DNA from: Tubiluchus corallicola
Lineage: Eukaryota; Animalia; Priapulida
Reading direction: 5' to 3'
NCBI GenBank assembly: GCA_030141605.1
Contig: JAQGDQ010000456.1
Span: 26,672 to 90,671 of the forward strand
DNA: 64,000 bases
Position 1 is the first letter of the stretch. Every line of letters begins with the position of its first letter. Below the pieces are notes generated by a model. It did not search any database and was not told the DNA's origin. It worked only from the letters and a program-made list of their open reading frames with translations. Positions 26,790 to 41,700 of the stretch are shown one piece after another. The translations under genes and the position numbers were made by a program.

Positions 26790-27120
26790 AATTCCCGTGT
26801 CTCAGACAGGTTATTCGTTCCTCGCTATCAACAAAGAGAAATACCCATACCCACTTAGCCATGAACCCTAACCACTCATCAGACATATGATGTGCCCGAA
26901 CACGAAAGAATAGCCGTAACCAGACTGTGTCTGGGAGCTCATTATCTGGGAATCGAAACAGGACGCTGGGCAAGAATACCCCCCCCCCCCCACCGCCACC
27001 AACGTGTATGCAATTGTGGATTTGTGCAAGACGAAGAACAAGTCGTATGACATTGTAGTTACACTAGTGAACTGATGATGAAGCGAAATTTAGTTCATTA
27101 GATGCCTTTATAGACTCGAC
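26790..27120 (+). mobile_element. Degenerate 3' fragment of LINE ORF2 (RTEX-like C-terminal Cys/His region)
   Basis: Translates as VPEHERIAVTRLCLGAHYLGIETGRWARIP / QRVCNCGFVQDEEQVV*HC, with a stop and a poly-C run. Confidence 0.75.
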
Positions 27121-27533
27121 TCCACCAAAAGGGCTCGCCACTATATATGCTATATGGTGCTATATATGCCATAGTTAATATATATATGCTATGGTTAGTA
27201 TAGAAAAATACATCACAGGCTTGATGTTCGTATGTTTAAAAGGCAAGAGAGACTTAATATTTTTGTTGCTCATTTATTGTAAAGCAAAGCTAACTGGCTT
27301 AGTTTCTTTAATATACGTATGTCTCTGTATTTTGTTATGCTTTGAAACCTCGTCTCTACATTCTGTTTAAATTGAAATGTCATTTTTTTGCTACTTGAAG
27401 TGTTAATTTCGTGTAAAAATAACTGCTGCCCTGCAAATTCGTGTTTATGAAAAAGTGCAATCAGTTTATCTGCTGATTAGACATTAGTTGTGATTGTCAT
27501 GCTGTTTAGTTTAGTTCAGGTTTAGCTTAGACA

Positions 27534-27930
27534 GTTGTTGTCCCGTGTGAGCTGTTGTCCCGAATGCTGCTGGGTGTTGTTGTCCCGTGTGAGCTGTTGT
27601 CCCGAATGCTGCTGGGTGTTGTTGTCCCGTGTGAGCTGTTGTCCCGAATGTTGCTGGGTGTTGTTGTCCCGTGTGAGCTGTTGTCCCGAATGCTGCTGAG
27701 TGTTGGTGTCCGCGTGAGCTGTTGTCCCGAATGCTGCTGAGTGTACTGAGCTGTTGTCCCGAATGCTGCTGAGTGTTGTTGTCCCGTGTGAGCTGTTGTC
27801 CCGAATGCTGCTGAGTGTTGTTGTCCCGTGTGAGCTGTTGTCCCGAATGCTGCTGAGTGTTGGTGTCCCGTGTGAGCTGTTGTCCCGAATGCTGCTGAGT
27901 GTTGTTGTCCCGTGTGAGCTGTTGTCCCGA
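27534..27930. repeat. 45-bp tandem repeat, ~9 copies
   Basis: Unit GTTGTTGTCCCGTGTGAGCTGTTGTCCCGAATGCTGCTG(A/G)GT-type; internal TGTTGTCCCG doubling. Confidence 0.92.
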
Positions 27931-28764
27931 AAGCCGCTGAACCTGCTTACGTTCAGCTGAGGCGGAGCGATAGACCAATACGTTTGATGCCAATCGTCTT
28001 TCTAGAGAAAGGTGTTAAATATACAGTAACGTTTGTCACGTTTTTCCAGCTACTGTTAACACATTTACACATTTTTAGGTGTTGTTGTTGTTGTGTGATC
28101 GTTGTGTGATCTTTTTGTTGTTTTTGTGTGATTGTTGTGTGAACTTTTTGTTGTTTTTGTGTGATTGTTGTGTGAACTTTTTGTTGTTTTTGTGTGATTT
28201 TTTTTAATTTTTGTTCTATAGTAAAGTTAAACGATTTGGTTTTTTCTGGACATAAGATGGAAGTTGTTATTGTTTAATAGCAATATGTCTCACTCCGTGT
28301 AACAAGAGAATCTTTGTAAATAAATTACAATTACTGCAACTATTTTCACTAAATGCATCGCAATGCGTTACCCAGGTGATGCACGGATGGCAGCTATTAC
28401 TCATGCATCTCGACGCGTGCTTACTTAATTATTTATTTTTAATTAATTCATTGCTCGGCTAAGTAAAATAACGTCACCAAGCGGCTTTCATACAGCATTC
28501 ATAAGAGAGTCTTGGCTGATCTGGGATATGCTCGTTAACATGTGAATGAATGTACAGCCTTTGTGCACTCATTGTACGAAATTTACCGTAGGCTTACGGG
28601 ATGAACTTTCACAATGGGGGGGGGGGGTATAAGGAATTTGTCCTAAAATTTCATAAGTTGCCCCCCCCCCCAATCAAGGTAGAACAACTTAGAAAATCGT
28701 CGTGCCATCCGATAACAATTGTAATAATAAGATTTAACAAAAACTTCCAATGCAACAGGTTTTA

Positions 28765-29330
28765 TTAAAGGAAAAGTCAACCCTTCTAGGAGGTTAGGCT
28801 TATTTCAATATTCGCGAAAAATGTTAGAGGGATTTAGTAATAAAACTGCAATAAGCGCCTCGTGTAATTAGTAAAATCATTTTAAAGTCGCGATCACTTC
28901 ATGCTTGGACGCTCCCATTTTCAATGCCCATTCTTCTTCCAATGACGTCATTCGTCTTGAAGAAAAGTAGCGCACTGTCAATCTTCATCAAAAGTATAAT
29001 AAGTTTTTACAAAAAAATTAGATAGCTAATTTTGTAATATTTTTGCGTGAACATTAGGTAAGCTGCAGAAGTTTGAATTAGTTTAAGCAGCGCGCGCTTA
29101 CGGAAAGCCACGACGCGCTTACGAAAAGTCACGAAGTCTCCCAGTTACGTCATGATTTTCAAGTGAATGGCGGCAACCACCACGCCTGAAAATTTCTATT
29201 CAGAGGTAGTATATTTTAAATTTATGCTTTATAGGCAGTTCTTTGCAAATTTCTTTGTTATATTTTTCTAAGTTTAAATGATAACAGTAAAATAAACCCA
29301 ACATACTGAATGAGTTGTTCTTTCCTTTAA
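28765..29330 (-). mobile_element. Family D TTAA-flanked element
   Basis: TTAA-AGGAAAAGTCAAC ... GAGTTGTTCTTTCCT-TTAA; ends correspond in reverse to 47692-48179. Confidence 0.7.
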
Positions 29331-29430
29331 TTATGAGATCTAATCTTTACTTTTGTAGGGAGCCTTTATACATCCGGATTTCGTTTTTGTTTTTGTTTTT
29401 TGTTTTTTGTTTTTTTCTTGTGCAATAGTA

Positions 29431-30076
29431 TTAAAGCAAAACCGTAACCAAATCTGTGCGTCAAAACAACCTATTCCTTAAAATGTTAAAAGGAAACATG
29501 CTATTTTTTCAAAAATGACTTAGGTGAAAGAATTATTACTGCACAAACACAATTTCGCGTTCGCGCCACTAGTTCTTCGCTGTTACATGCATTTCGCCAT
29601 TCGCTAGTTAGACGGGCACTAGCGCCTGCATTTCGGAAACGCATTGCACAAAAACAGGTGCTGTACCTCTCAGTTCAGATGTGTTAGTTTGTGACAAACT
29701 ACACACGTTCGACAGCTCATGCGTGAGCACAGCGATAAATTTGAAATTTGAATTTTTGTCTTAAAACTTGCCTAGTTTTAGTACAACACAGTGAATATCT
29801 TACAGTGACACTGTACTTCAATTTTCACTTTCGCAAACACGTGAAACACGCTCGTGGAATATTTTTGCTCTTGAAAATTATGTTAGTTTGTGATGTCATC
29901 AATAGTTGGGCTCGCCCACCATTAATTAAGTTTTTAATCTATTATTTAATTACTAGAAACGCATTTGCAGTATTAATTGTGTCAAAATGTATACTTTATC
30001 AGACTTTTTATCATATACCGCCCCATTGTTTATCAAAATGGGGTGGTATATGAAAAATCATCCGGTCTTTCTTTAA
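29431..30076 (+). mobile_element. Family A element, near full length
   Basis: TTAAAGCAAAACCG ... ATCCGGTCTTTCT-TTAA. Confidence 0.8.
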
Positions 30077-30273
30077 TAGTTTCATGCTGTTTGCCTTCGT
30101 GTTTTAAAAGCAGTTCAGTCTTTTAATGCCAAAATGCTGAATTATTCAAGAGGCACATAGACGGAAACTGTCTAGTTTGTGCGTTGTTAGGATAAGTTTA
30201 TAGCTTGGAAAGTTCGCGAAACCGAAAGTAAAACTGCCGTGCACGCGAGAGAACAAAGCTCTCTTATTTTCGT

Positions 30274-32892
30274 TTATAGTTTATGTCGAATAACGAGCTG
30301 TCATGGCGGCCAACAGACATTCTTTCTTTGCTCGTTCATTCCTGAGTAAACTAAGTGCTACTCTCTCCTTACTGGGAGAGCTAAGTACTCTCTCCTTGCT
30401 GAGAGAACTAAGTACTGTCTCCTTGCTGAGAGAACTAAGTACTCTCTCCTTACTGAGAGAACTAAGTACTGTCTCCTTGCTGAGAGAACTAAGTACTCTC
30501 TCCTTACTGAGAGAACTAAGTACTGTCTCCTTGCTGAGAGAACTAAGTACTGTCTCCTTGCTGAGAGAACTAAGTACTCTCTCCTTACTGAGAGAACTAA
30601 GTACTCTCTCCTTGCTGAGAGAACTAAGTCCTGTCTCCTTGTTGAGAGAACTAAGTACTGTAGAGAACTAAGTACTCTCTCCTTTCTGAGAGAACTAAGT
30701 ACTGTCTCCTTGTTGAGAGAACTATGTACTGTAGAGAACTAAATACTCTCTCCTTGCTGAGAGAACTAACTACTGTAGAGAACTAAGTACTCTCTCCTTG
30801 CTGAGAGAACTAAGTACTATAGAGAACTAAGTACTGGCTCCTTGCTGAGAGAACTAAGTACACCCTCCTTACTGGGAGAGCTAAGAACTGTCTCCTTGCT
30901 GAGAGAACTAAGTACTCTCTCGTTGCAGACGGAATCGAGTACTAAGTAGACCAAGTAATTAGCTGTTTAAGAAGTTTAAACACCGTCTGTTTTTGAGTGT
31001 AATCTACATCTCGTCAAATTTGGAATGTCTAATAGTAAACAAATCATACTATTCTTACAAAAACTTTATGACAGCCCCATAAACCACTTATTCCACTACA
31101 GTTCATTTGTTAGGTCAGTCATTTTGTCGCTGGATTATAGTCACCTTCCCTGATGACTTGAACTAGTAAACGAACGACTCGTAATAAACATAAAATTTGC
31201 TTAATAAACTTATAAACTAATTTTCTATGTTTCTTAGAACAAGTCCGCACTTCGTCAAATGATGACAAAAATGTTATGTTTTCCCAGAAGCGTGTTTTAT
31301 TTATGTGGCTGTTAATGGTTGACAAGAATTGCCTCGATTAAGACGAGTTATGAAATGAAACAGCACGGGGCTGTAATCTGACATCTTTTAAAGGAAGACG
31401 GGATATTTATCATGCACTACCCCTCTTTGAAATCCGATAAAAAGTATATATTTTAACAAAATTAATACTGCAAAAGCTTTTCTGATTAGTAAATAATAGA
31501 TTAAAAACTTAATTAACGGCGGGCGAACGCAGCTGTTGATAACATCACAAACTAACATAATTTTCTACATCAAAAATATTCCACGAGCGTGTTGCACGTA
31601 TTTGTGAAAGCGAAAATTGAAATACAGAGCTACTGTAAGATATTCAGTGTGTTGTACTAAAACTAGGCAAGTTGTAAGATCAAGATTCAATTTACCATTG
31701 TGTTCACCTATGAGCTGTCGAGCGTGTGCAGTTCGTCACAAATTAACACATCTGAACTGAGAGGTACAGCACCTGTTTTTGCGCATTGTTTTTCCGAAAT
31801 GAAGGCGCTAGTGCCCGTCTAACTAGCGAATGGTGAAGTGCATGTAACAGCGAAGAACTAGTGGCGCGAACGTGAAATTGTGTTTGTGTGGTAATAATTC
31901 TTTCACTTAAGTCATTTCTGAAAAAATAGTATGTTTCCTTTCAATATTTTAAAGAATATTTAGTTTTCACCTGCAGTGTAACGGAAGCTACGAATGCTCT
32001 GATTTTTTTTCCAAACTTGATTCATTATTATCTAAACTTGTTTTAAACGACTTACCGTTAAAATGGCTACACCTAACGGTCATTCATCGCTGGAATTTAA
32101 ATTTACAAAGTTTTACACAGCGTTACTGCTAACTGAAGCTCTGTGCGCAATAAAGTAGCATGTAATTCAAGACGAATTTTTTACCTTTATTTATAAACAG
32201 TGTTTTCTTGTGCTTTAGACTGCTTGCTAAAATTGGTAATCTTGTCCTTTAATCCTGCACGAATTTCGCGGCTCACGCAAGAGCTTCTAAAGGTTCGTTT
32301 TGAGTACGAAACTTACTCTGGTTTAAACATTTTTTTCCAATTAAAATGATTGATCTCTCTTGTTGTAAAACTCATTAAAGTAAACGATTCTCTGGGCGAC
32401 AATAATGTCCAGACACTAAGCACTAAGCTCAGCGTTTTTCTATATGATTTTCAGTCGTAGTAAAGGTGGCGCCTTTCTGTCATTAATAATTTAACCTAAT
32501 TTGATGCGTTGCGTCATTATATCTACAATAAGACTGAATTGTGGACGTCAGACTTTACGATTCGATGAATTTTGTGCATGTGGATTTACTAAATTGCATT
32601 TTTCTGATAGAATTGGATTGTGTAAGAGGTGCTGACAGCCTCCTACGTTGACCTATGTGAACAGTCGAATGGGTTTGAGAGTTTTCTTATCTTAATGTTT
32701 TGGTTTCCTCCAAGACTTGAAGTTACTGCTGCTGTTGTCGTCGTCGTCGTCGTCGTCGTTGTTGTTGTTTGCTACTGCTACCGCTACTCCTGTTGTTGTT
32801 GTTGCTGTTGCTGCTGTTACTGTTGTTGTTGTTATTGTTGTTGCTGCTGCTGCTGCTGTTACTGTTGTTGTTGTTGCTGTTGCTGCTGTTAC

Positions 32893-32983
<91 letters not shown>

Positions 32984-33002
32984 GCTGTTACTGTTGTTAC
33001 TG

Positions 33003-33063
<61 letters not shown>

Positions 33064-33148
33064 GCTACTGCTGCTACTGTTGTTGTTGTTTCTGCTGCTA
33101 CTACTGCTACTGCTGTTGTTGTTGTTGCTGCTGCTACTGTTGTTGTTG

Positions 33149-33219
<71 letters not shown>

Positions 33220-33290
33220 GCTACTGCTGCTACTGTTGTTGTTGTTTCTGCTGCTACTACTGCTGCTGCTGTTGTTGTTGTTGCTGCTGC
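30274..33290 (+). repeat. Left arm of a large inverted duplication
   Basis: Reverse complement of ~34740-37745; mirrored ORFs 30303+/37716-, 31119-31325-/36710-36916+, 32629+/35410-. Inner boundary approximate (lies in microsatellite). Confidence 0.93.
30351..30925. repeat. 27-bp minisatellite CTAAGTACT(C/G)TCTCCTT(G/A)CTGAGAGAA
   Basis: 9-aa periodic ORF (LSTLSLLRE); mirrored at 37113-37670 with a different unit order. Confidence 0.93.
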
Positions 33291-33341
33291 TACTTCTGCT
33301 TCTGCTGCTGTTGCTGCTGCTGCTGTTGCTTCTACTACTTC

Positions 33342-33379
<38 letters not shown>

Positions 33380-34118
33380 CTACTACTTCTGCTTCTGCTG
33401 CTGCTGCTGCTGCTGCTGTTGCTTCTACTTCTGTTGCTTCTACTACTTCTGCTTCTGCTGCTGCTGCTGCTGCTGCTGTTGCTTCTACTACTTCTGCTTC
33501 TGCTGCTGCTGCTGTTGCTTCTACTACTTCTGCTGCTGCTGCTGCTGCTGCTGCTTCTACTACTTCTGCTTCTGCTGCTGCTGCTGCTGCTGCTGTTGCT
33601 TCTACTACTTCTGCTTCTGCTGCTGCTGTTGTTGCTTCTACTACTTCTGCTTCTGCTGCTGTTGCTTCTACTACTTCTGCTGCTGTTGCTGTTGCTTCTA
33701 CTTCTGTTGCTTCTACTACTTCTGCTTCTGCTGCTGTTGCTTCTACTTCTGTTGCTTCTACTACTTCTGCTTCTGCTGCTGTTGCTTCTACTTCTGTTGC
33801 TTCTACTACTCTCTGCTGCTGCTGCTGCTGCTGCTGTTGCTTCTACTACTTCTGCTTCTGCTGCTGCTGTTGTTGCTTCTACTACTTCTGCTGCTGCTGC
33901 TGTTGCTTCTACTACTTCTGCTGCTGCTGCTGCTTCTACTACTGCTTCTGCTGCTGCTGCTGCTGCTGCTTCTACTACTTCTGCTTCTGCTTCTGCTGTT
34001 GCTGCTGCTGCTTCTACTGCTTCTCCTTCTGCTTCTGCTTCTGCTGCTGCTGCTGCTGCTTCTACTACTTCTGCTTCTGCTTCTGCTGCTGCTGCTGCTG
34101 CTGCTGTTGCTTCTACTA

Positions 34119-34154
<36 letters not shown>

Positions 34155-34166
34155 CTACTACTGCTT

Positions 34167-34197
<31 letters not shown>

Positions 34198-34208
34198 TGC
34201 TGCTGCTG
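32721..34208. repeat. Compound trinucleotide tract (GTT/GCT/ACT/TCT)
   Basis: Direct reading; phase slips near 33003 and 33811. Confidence 0.96.
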
Positions 34209-34522
34209 AACCTCTAGTGCACTCGTGCTGCTTAATAAGCAAAATTGCTCGAGCCCATTGTCTATTACATAACTTTCTTAACGACTTATAAGAAAGATGA
34301 TTATTCTGTCAAGTAGGAGTTTTCAGGTAATTATTGTGTATTAGTGTGATTACTGTTTGTATTGCACCTGCTCTCATAAATCCTCTTCTTAACAAGCAAC
34401 ATAAAATCCTGCAAGAAATACATTAGTACTAACGTTATGACAACTAACATCACTTGCAGATTAAATGTCAATTCTTCCAGTGAGAGAGAGAGAGTTTCAA
34501 AGTACACGAGAGTATGGAAAAT

Positions 34523-37745
<3,223 letters not shown>

Positions 37746-38705
37746 CCATCAGTAAAAAATTAAAAGAAATAGTTCTGTAAGGTTGCCCTGCTGTCAGTAA
37801 AAAATGTTGCTGTTAACATTTTCATTCCACTACTCTCAATGCTTCCTGCTTGAAAGACGGTGAATATTCAGTCAAGAAAACGTTGTCATTAAAGTATGAC
37901 CATTGAATCTTTCACTAAAATGACACCTGCTTACATTGTTATCACATTGTATTATGAGTGAGGGGTGATGCTTGGCGACCGTAAGGTCTTTCTCCGCCCA
38001 TCTCATTTTTTAATTACTAATATTTGTCATTTACACTTTGCTGCATAATTATTGTTTTCCGTATGAGACAAACAAATTTAATTCACAATAAAATATAGGC
38101 AACTAAAATGATTGATAATGGTTACTACGATACCTAAATCGACATACCTTTTAGTAAGACTATCAAAATAAGCCATCATATTGCAAATATGTCATCTAGT
38201 TTGCGAAGTGCGTTGCCCAATCCACATGTGTAATCAATATTTTGTAATTGCTTAAACTCAAACAGCTTCACAGAAAGGAATGGTGGCGAAAATTTAACTA
38301 TTGCGTACTTACAAACTTACTTAGATATTTCGAAACCTCCACGTTAGAAGCGTTTCTTTTCTACTGTCTTTTAGCCTAGCACTAACCTGTAAGGACATTA
38401 TTTTGACAAGCCATTAGTCCATTACCAGCCGACTGTAGAGCAGTGTTGGAGTCGTTGACGATGGACACTAAAACCGCCTTGAACTATGTTTTTTTGGAGT
38501 TTTCGGCGCGCCATGCCAGTAATAAATGTCATTATTCAAAACTAAGATTGTAAAAAGGCTTATGTGGTATCTTAACAATATATAACACTTTCTTAGTACA
38601 TTATATTATAACACTGAGACATTAGTGTTGTGTCAGTAACTATCGTATTTAAGCTATTACACTGATACGTAACATACTATCATATTTATACTGACTTGAT
38701 TGAAA

Positions 38706-38784
38706 ATGCCATTACCGCCTGCCCTTGCTGCTCGTCTCGCCAAAAGAGGTCTCATAAAGAAATCGGACGTTTCAGCGAAAAGAG
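38706..38784 (+). CDS. PQBP1: PQBP1 exon 1
   Basis: [26 protein letters not shown]; donor AG|GTGAGG, phase 1. Confidence 0.93.
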
Positions 38785-41700
38785 GTGAGGCGACAATCAT
38801 GTGAGTTCGCAGATCGATCAAATCTATGGAATAAAATATCAATCTATATCACAACATATCGAAAATTATTTGGCTTTAACAGATATATGAAATCTCTTCT
38901 GCTGAAATCTTACTTGTAATGCATTTTTGGGTTTTGCCGATAGTCACAGTAAATCCCGCGACTGGTTACTTTGCAGTTTACATTTTCATACTTTTGCATC
39001 GTGTCTCTGCTGAACTTCTTTCTAATTCATTTCTTTTTTCTATCTCTGTCAATTATTTTACCTTAACTACTCCCGGTTTTTCTATAATTCTCTCTCTTGT
39101 AAATTAAGTCGTTTTTTCACTTTTCATGGTGGTCTTACAAGCTTTGCTTCTTGACCACCATGCAGCATCTATTTCTTGTATGACAAACTATTATGTAGTT
39201 TAGTAACTATGTTAGTACACTTCTGTTAAATTTTTGTAATTATATTTGGAATTTTTTCCCTAACTATACCATGCTATAGTATACTAATGTAGTTCTGTTA
39301 CAATTATTCTAACTATATTTCATTTTCTAGTTATAGGGCATAATAGTTAAAGATAATAATGCAAATTGTAATATAAAAACACATGCTGAAGTGATAATAA
39401 ATTACAAAAATTACAATCGATTAGATTAGTGATATTGTTTGCTTAGTGTACGTATTACAGGGATTGTGCAATATTTAGACATCAAATTAAGGTAAAATTC
39501 GTTGGGCTTTCGTGTGACATCTATGTATTTCGGGAAAAGTGGGAGCAATTTTTTTGCTGTAGCAATTTCACACTTGACTTATACGTTATGTTCTTTATCT
39601 AGGATCCAATAATGCACAAAGTAACTTTGGCAAAGTTTAACAGTTTGGCAAAGTGATGGGGGCAGTGCTTATAATGATTAGATAACCCATTTCTAAGGAA
39701 CGGGAACGTGACGGGGGTGATGCAGAAAACCCATTCATTAATTAATTATCATTTCTTTTAAATCTAATTTTAGTTTTTCTTTAGATCAGCATGAAGAGGT
39801 GATCGCAGAGGACTACAGCTACGATGACGCGGAAGATAAGAGCCTCATTCCTCTTCCTGCTGCCCCTAAACCGCTCGCGCGTAGCGACGGGGAAAGCGAT
39901 GATGATGAAGAAGAATCTGTGATGGGAACCGTGCCCACTTGCCCGAACAAATGGAACCCGTATCACACGTGCAGTGAATTTTGCAAGGAAAAGTAAGAGA
40001 GAATTTTCTTGATTAAATTGTTCCAAAGTTGAATAATAGCAGGTGTGAAGACAGGTAGGTCTACATTCAACTTGTATCTGTGCCTGAACAATGTAAATGT
40101 CTACTTGTGGATAGCAAAATCATCCATAAATTGCCAATTACATTTTCTAGTTATTCACATATCCTGAATCTCCATTTCTTGAGGATGATTTTGATACCAA
40201 GTTCATTGCCGTGTGTTATTTCTAAGCTGAGATAATCCACGTTGAAATTGGCTACACACTTAAAGTCAGCCATTGTTTTTTGTCGCATTTCTACAAAAAA
40301 CTTAGCAACCGCACAAATGTTGGTTGCTATGGACTTTGCAATAGACATTGAAGTTATGTTTAAATCCAGTAGATGGCTCTTCGTGGCGGGAATCTGGGCT
40401 TGGCAGCAGAAAAACTCGAAGCAAAATGACTGCTTCCATGATCTATAACTGGAGTTTGAAATATGAGTTTTTTTACAATTTCAGTACTAGTTTCTAAATA
40501 GAAAAGTGGATGAGGAATTATAAAATTAAATTTTTAGCATTATTTGAACCCTTTCTTGATAATTTGATGCTAGAATATAAGTCCAATATTTTTAGTCAAA
40601 ATACGAAAAATTGACATTTGACGAAATTTTTTTGGTGTATTCTACTTTGAAGCATCATAATGTAGTTTTAACTAAGCCGACTTATGTATGGTTTTGGTTT
40701 GCAAGCACACAATTAAATTTTATAAAATTTGTGTTTTAATTTTAAAATTATAAATTTTTATTTTAAACTAATTTAAACATGTTAAATTTTCACAATCTGA
40801 CCAAATGTAAATGCCCGTATCTCAGAGAAAATGGTAAAATGAAACTTGTTGTGTAACTTGTAATGCTTCATTTGTTTGTTTGTCTGTCTGTCTGTCTGTA
40901 GGACTGAACAGTAAAACAATTTGTCATTCAACTATTGACATGATGCTATGCTTTTCAGGTTAAACATTTCATGCTTGCTAAGTAGGGATGCTAATACGTT
41001 ATAGTTTTTAAATTCGTTATAACGTGAACAATATTCATTTCATAAACAACCCTGTTAAATAATAAATTTTATTAAATTTATATTAGAAAAACCCAAGGTT
41101 TCTATTGTAGTACGCTGCTAGTCGTTGACAGAAATGAAAAATTATTTAAAACTTGAAACAAAGCAAAACATTAATGACAAGAATCTGTATGGAATGAGTG
41201 CTATCATTAATTTAATAAGAAATTAGTTAGAATAGAAACAAGGTAATTGATATTTTAAGTCCACTTAGAGACCACAAAATTGCAATTTCAAACCCATTGG
41301 GGGCCTAGGTGGCCCCAAACCACCCGGCCTGTTTCAGAGTTTTTTGCAATTTGTGATTCTCACCCCTGAATTAAGGTAAATTGTTTTGTTGGAGACGTTC
41401 TCTTTTTTCCGGCAACTGTATGTTCACTTGTTTATAGGTGGACTCATAGAAAACCACGAGTCGATCACGAGATGAACTGGCGAAGAACAAAGATGTTGCG
41501 GAAGTATCCACTTCCTACCGGATGGAAGGAGTGCCTGGACAAAGCCACGTAAGTATCCACTTCCTACTGGATAAAAGGAATGCCTGGACAAATCCACGTA
41601 AGTATTCACTTCCTAGCAGATGGAAGGAGTGCCTGGACAAATCCACGTAAATATCCACTTCCTATCGGATGGAAGGAGTGCCTGGACAAAGCCACGTAAG

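Noticed and set aside
27511-27993. 160-aa Gln-rich repetitive ORF
   Set aside because: In-frame reading of a 45-bp minisatellite with non-ATG start and an internal phase change.
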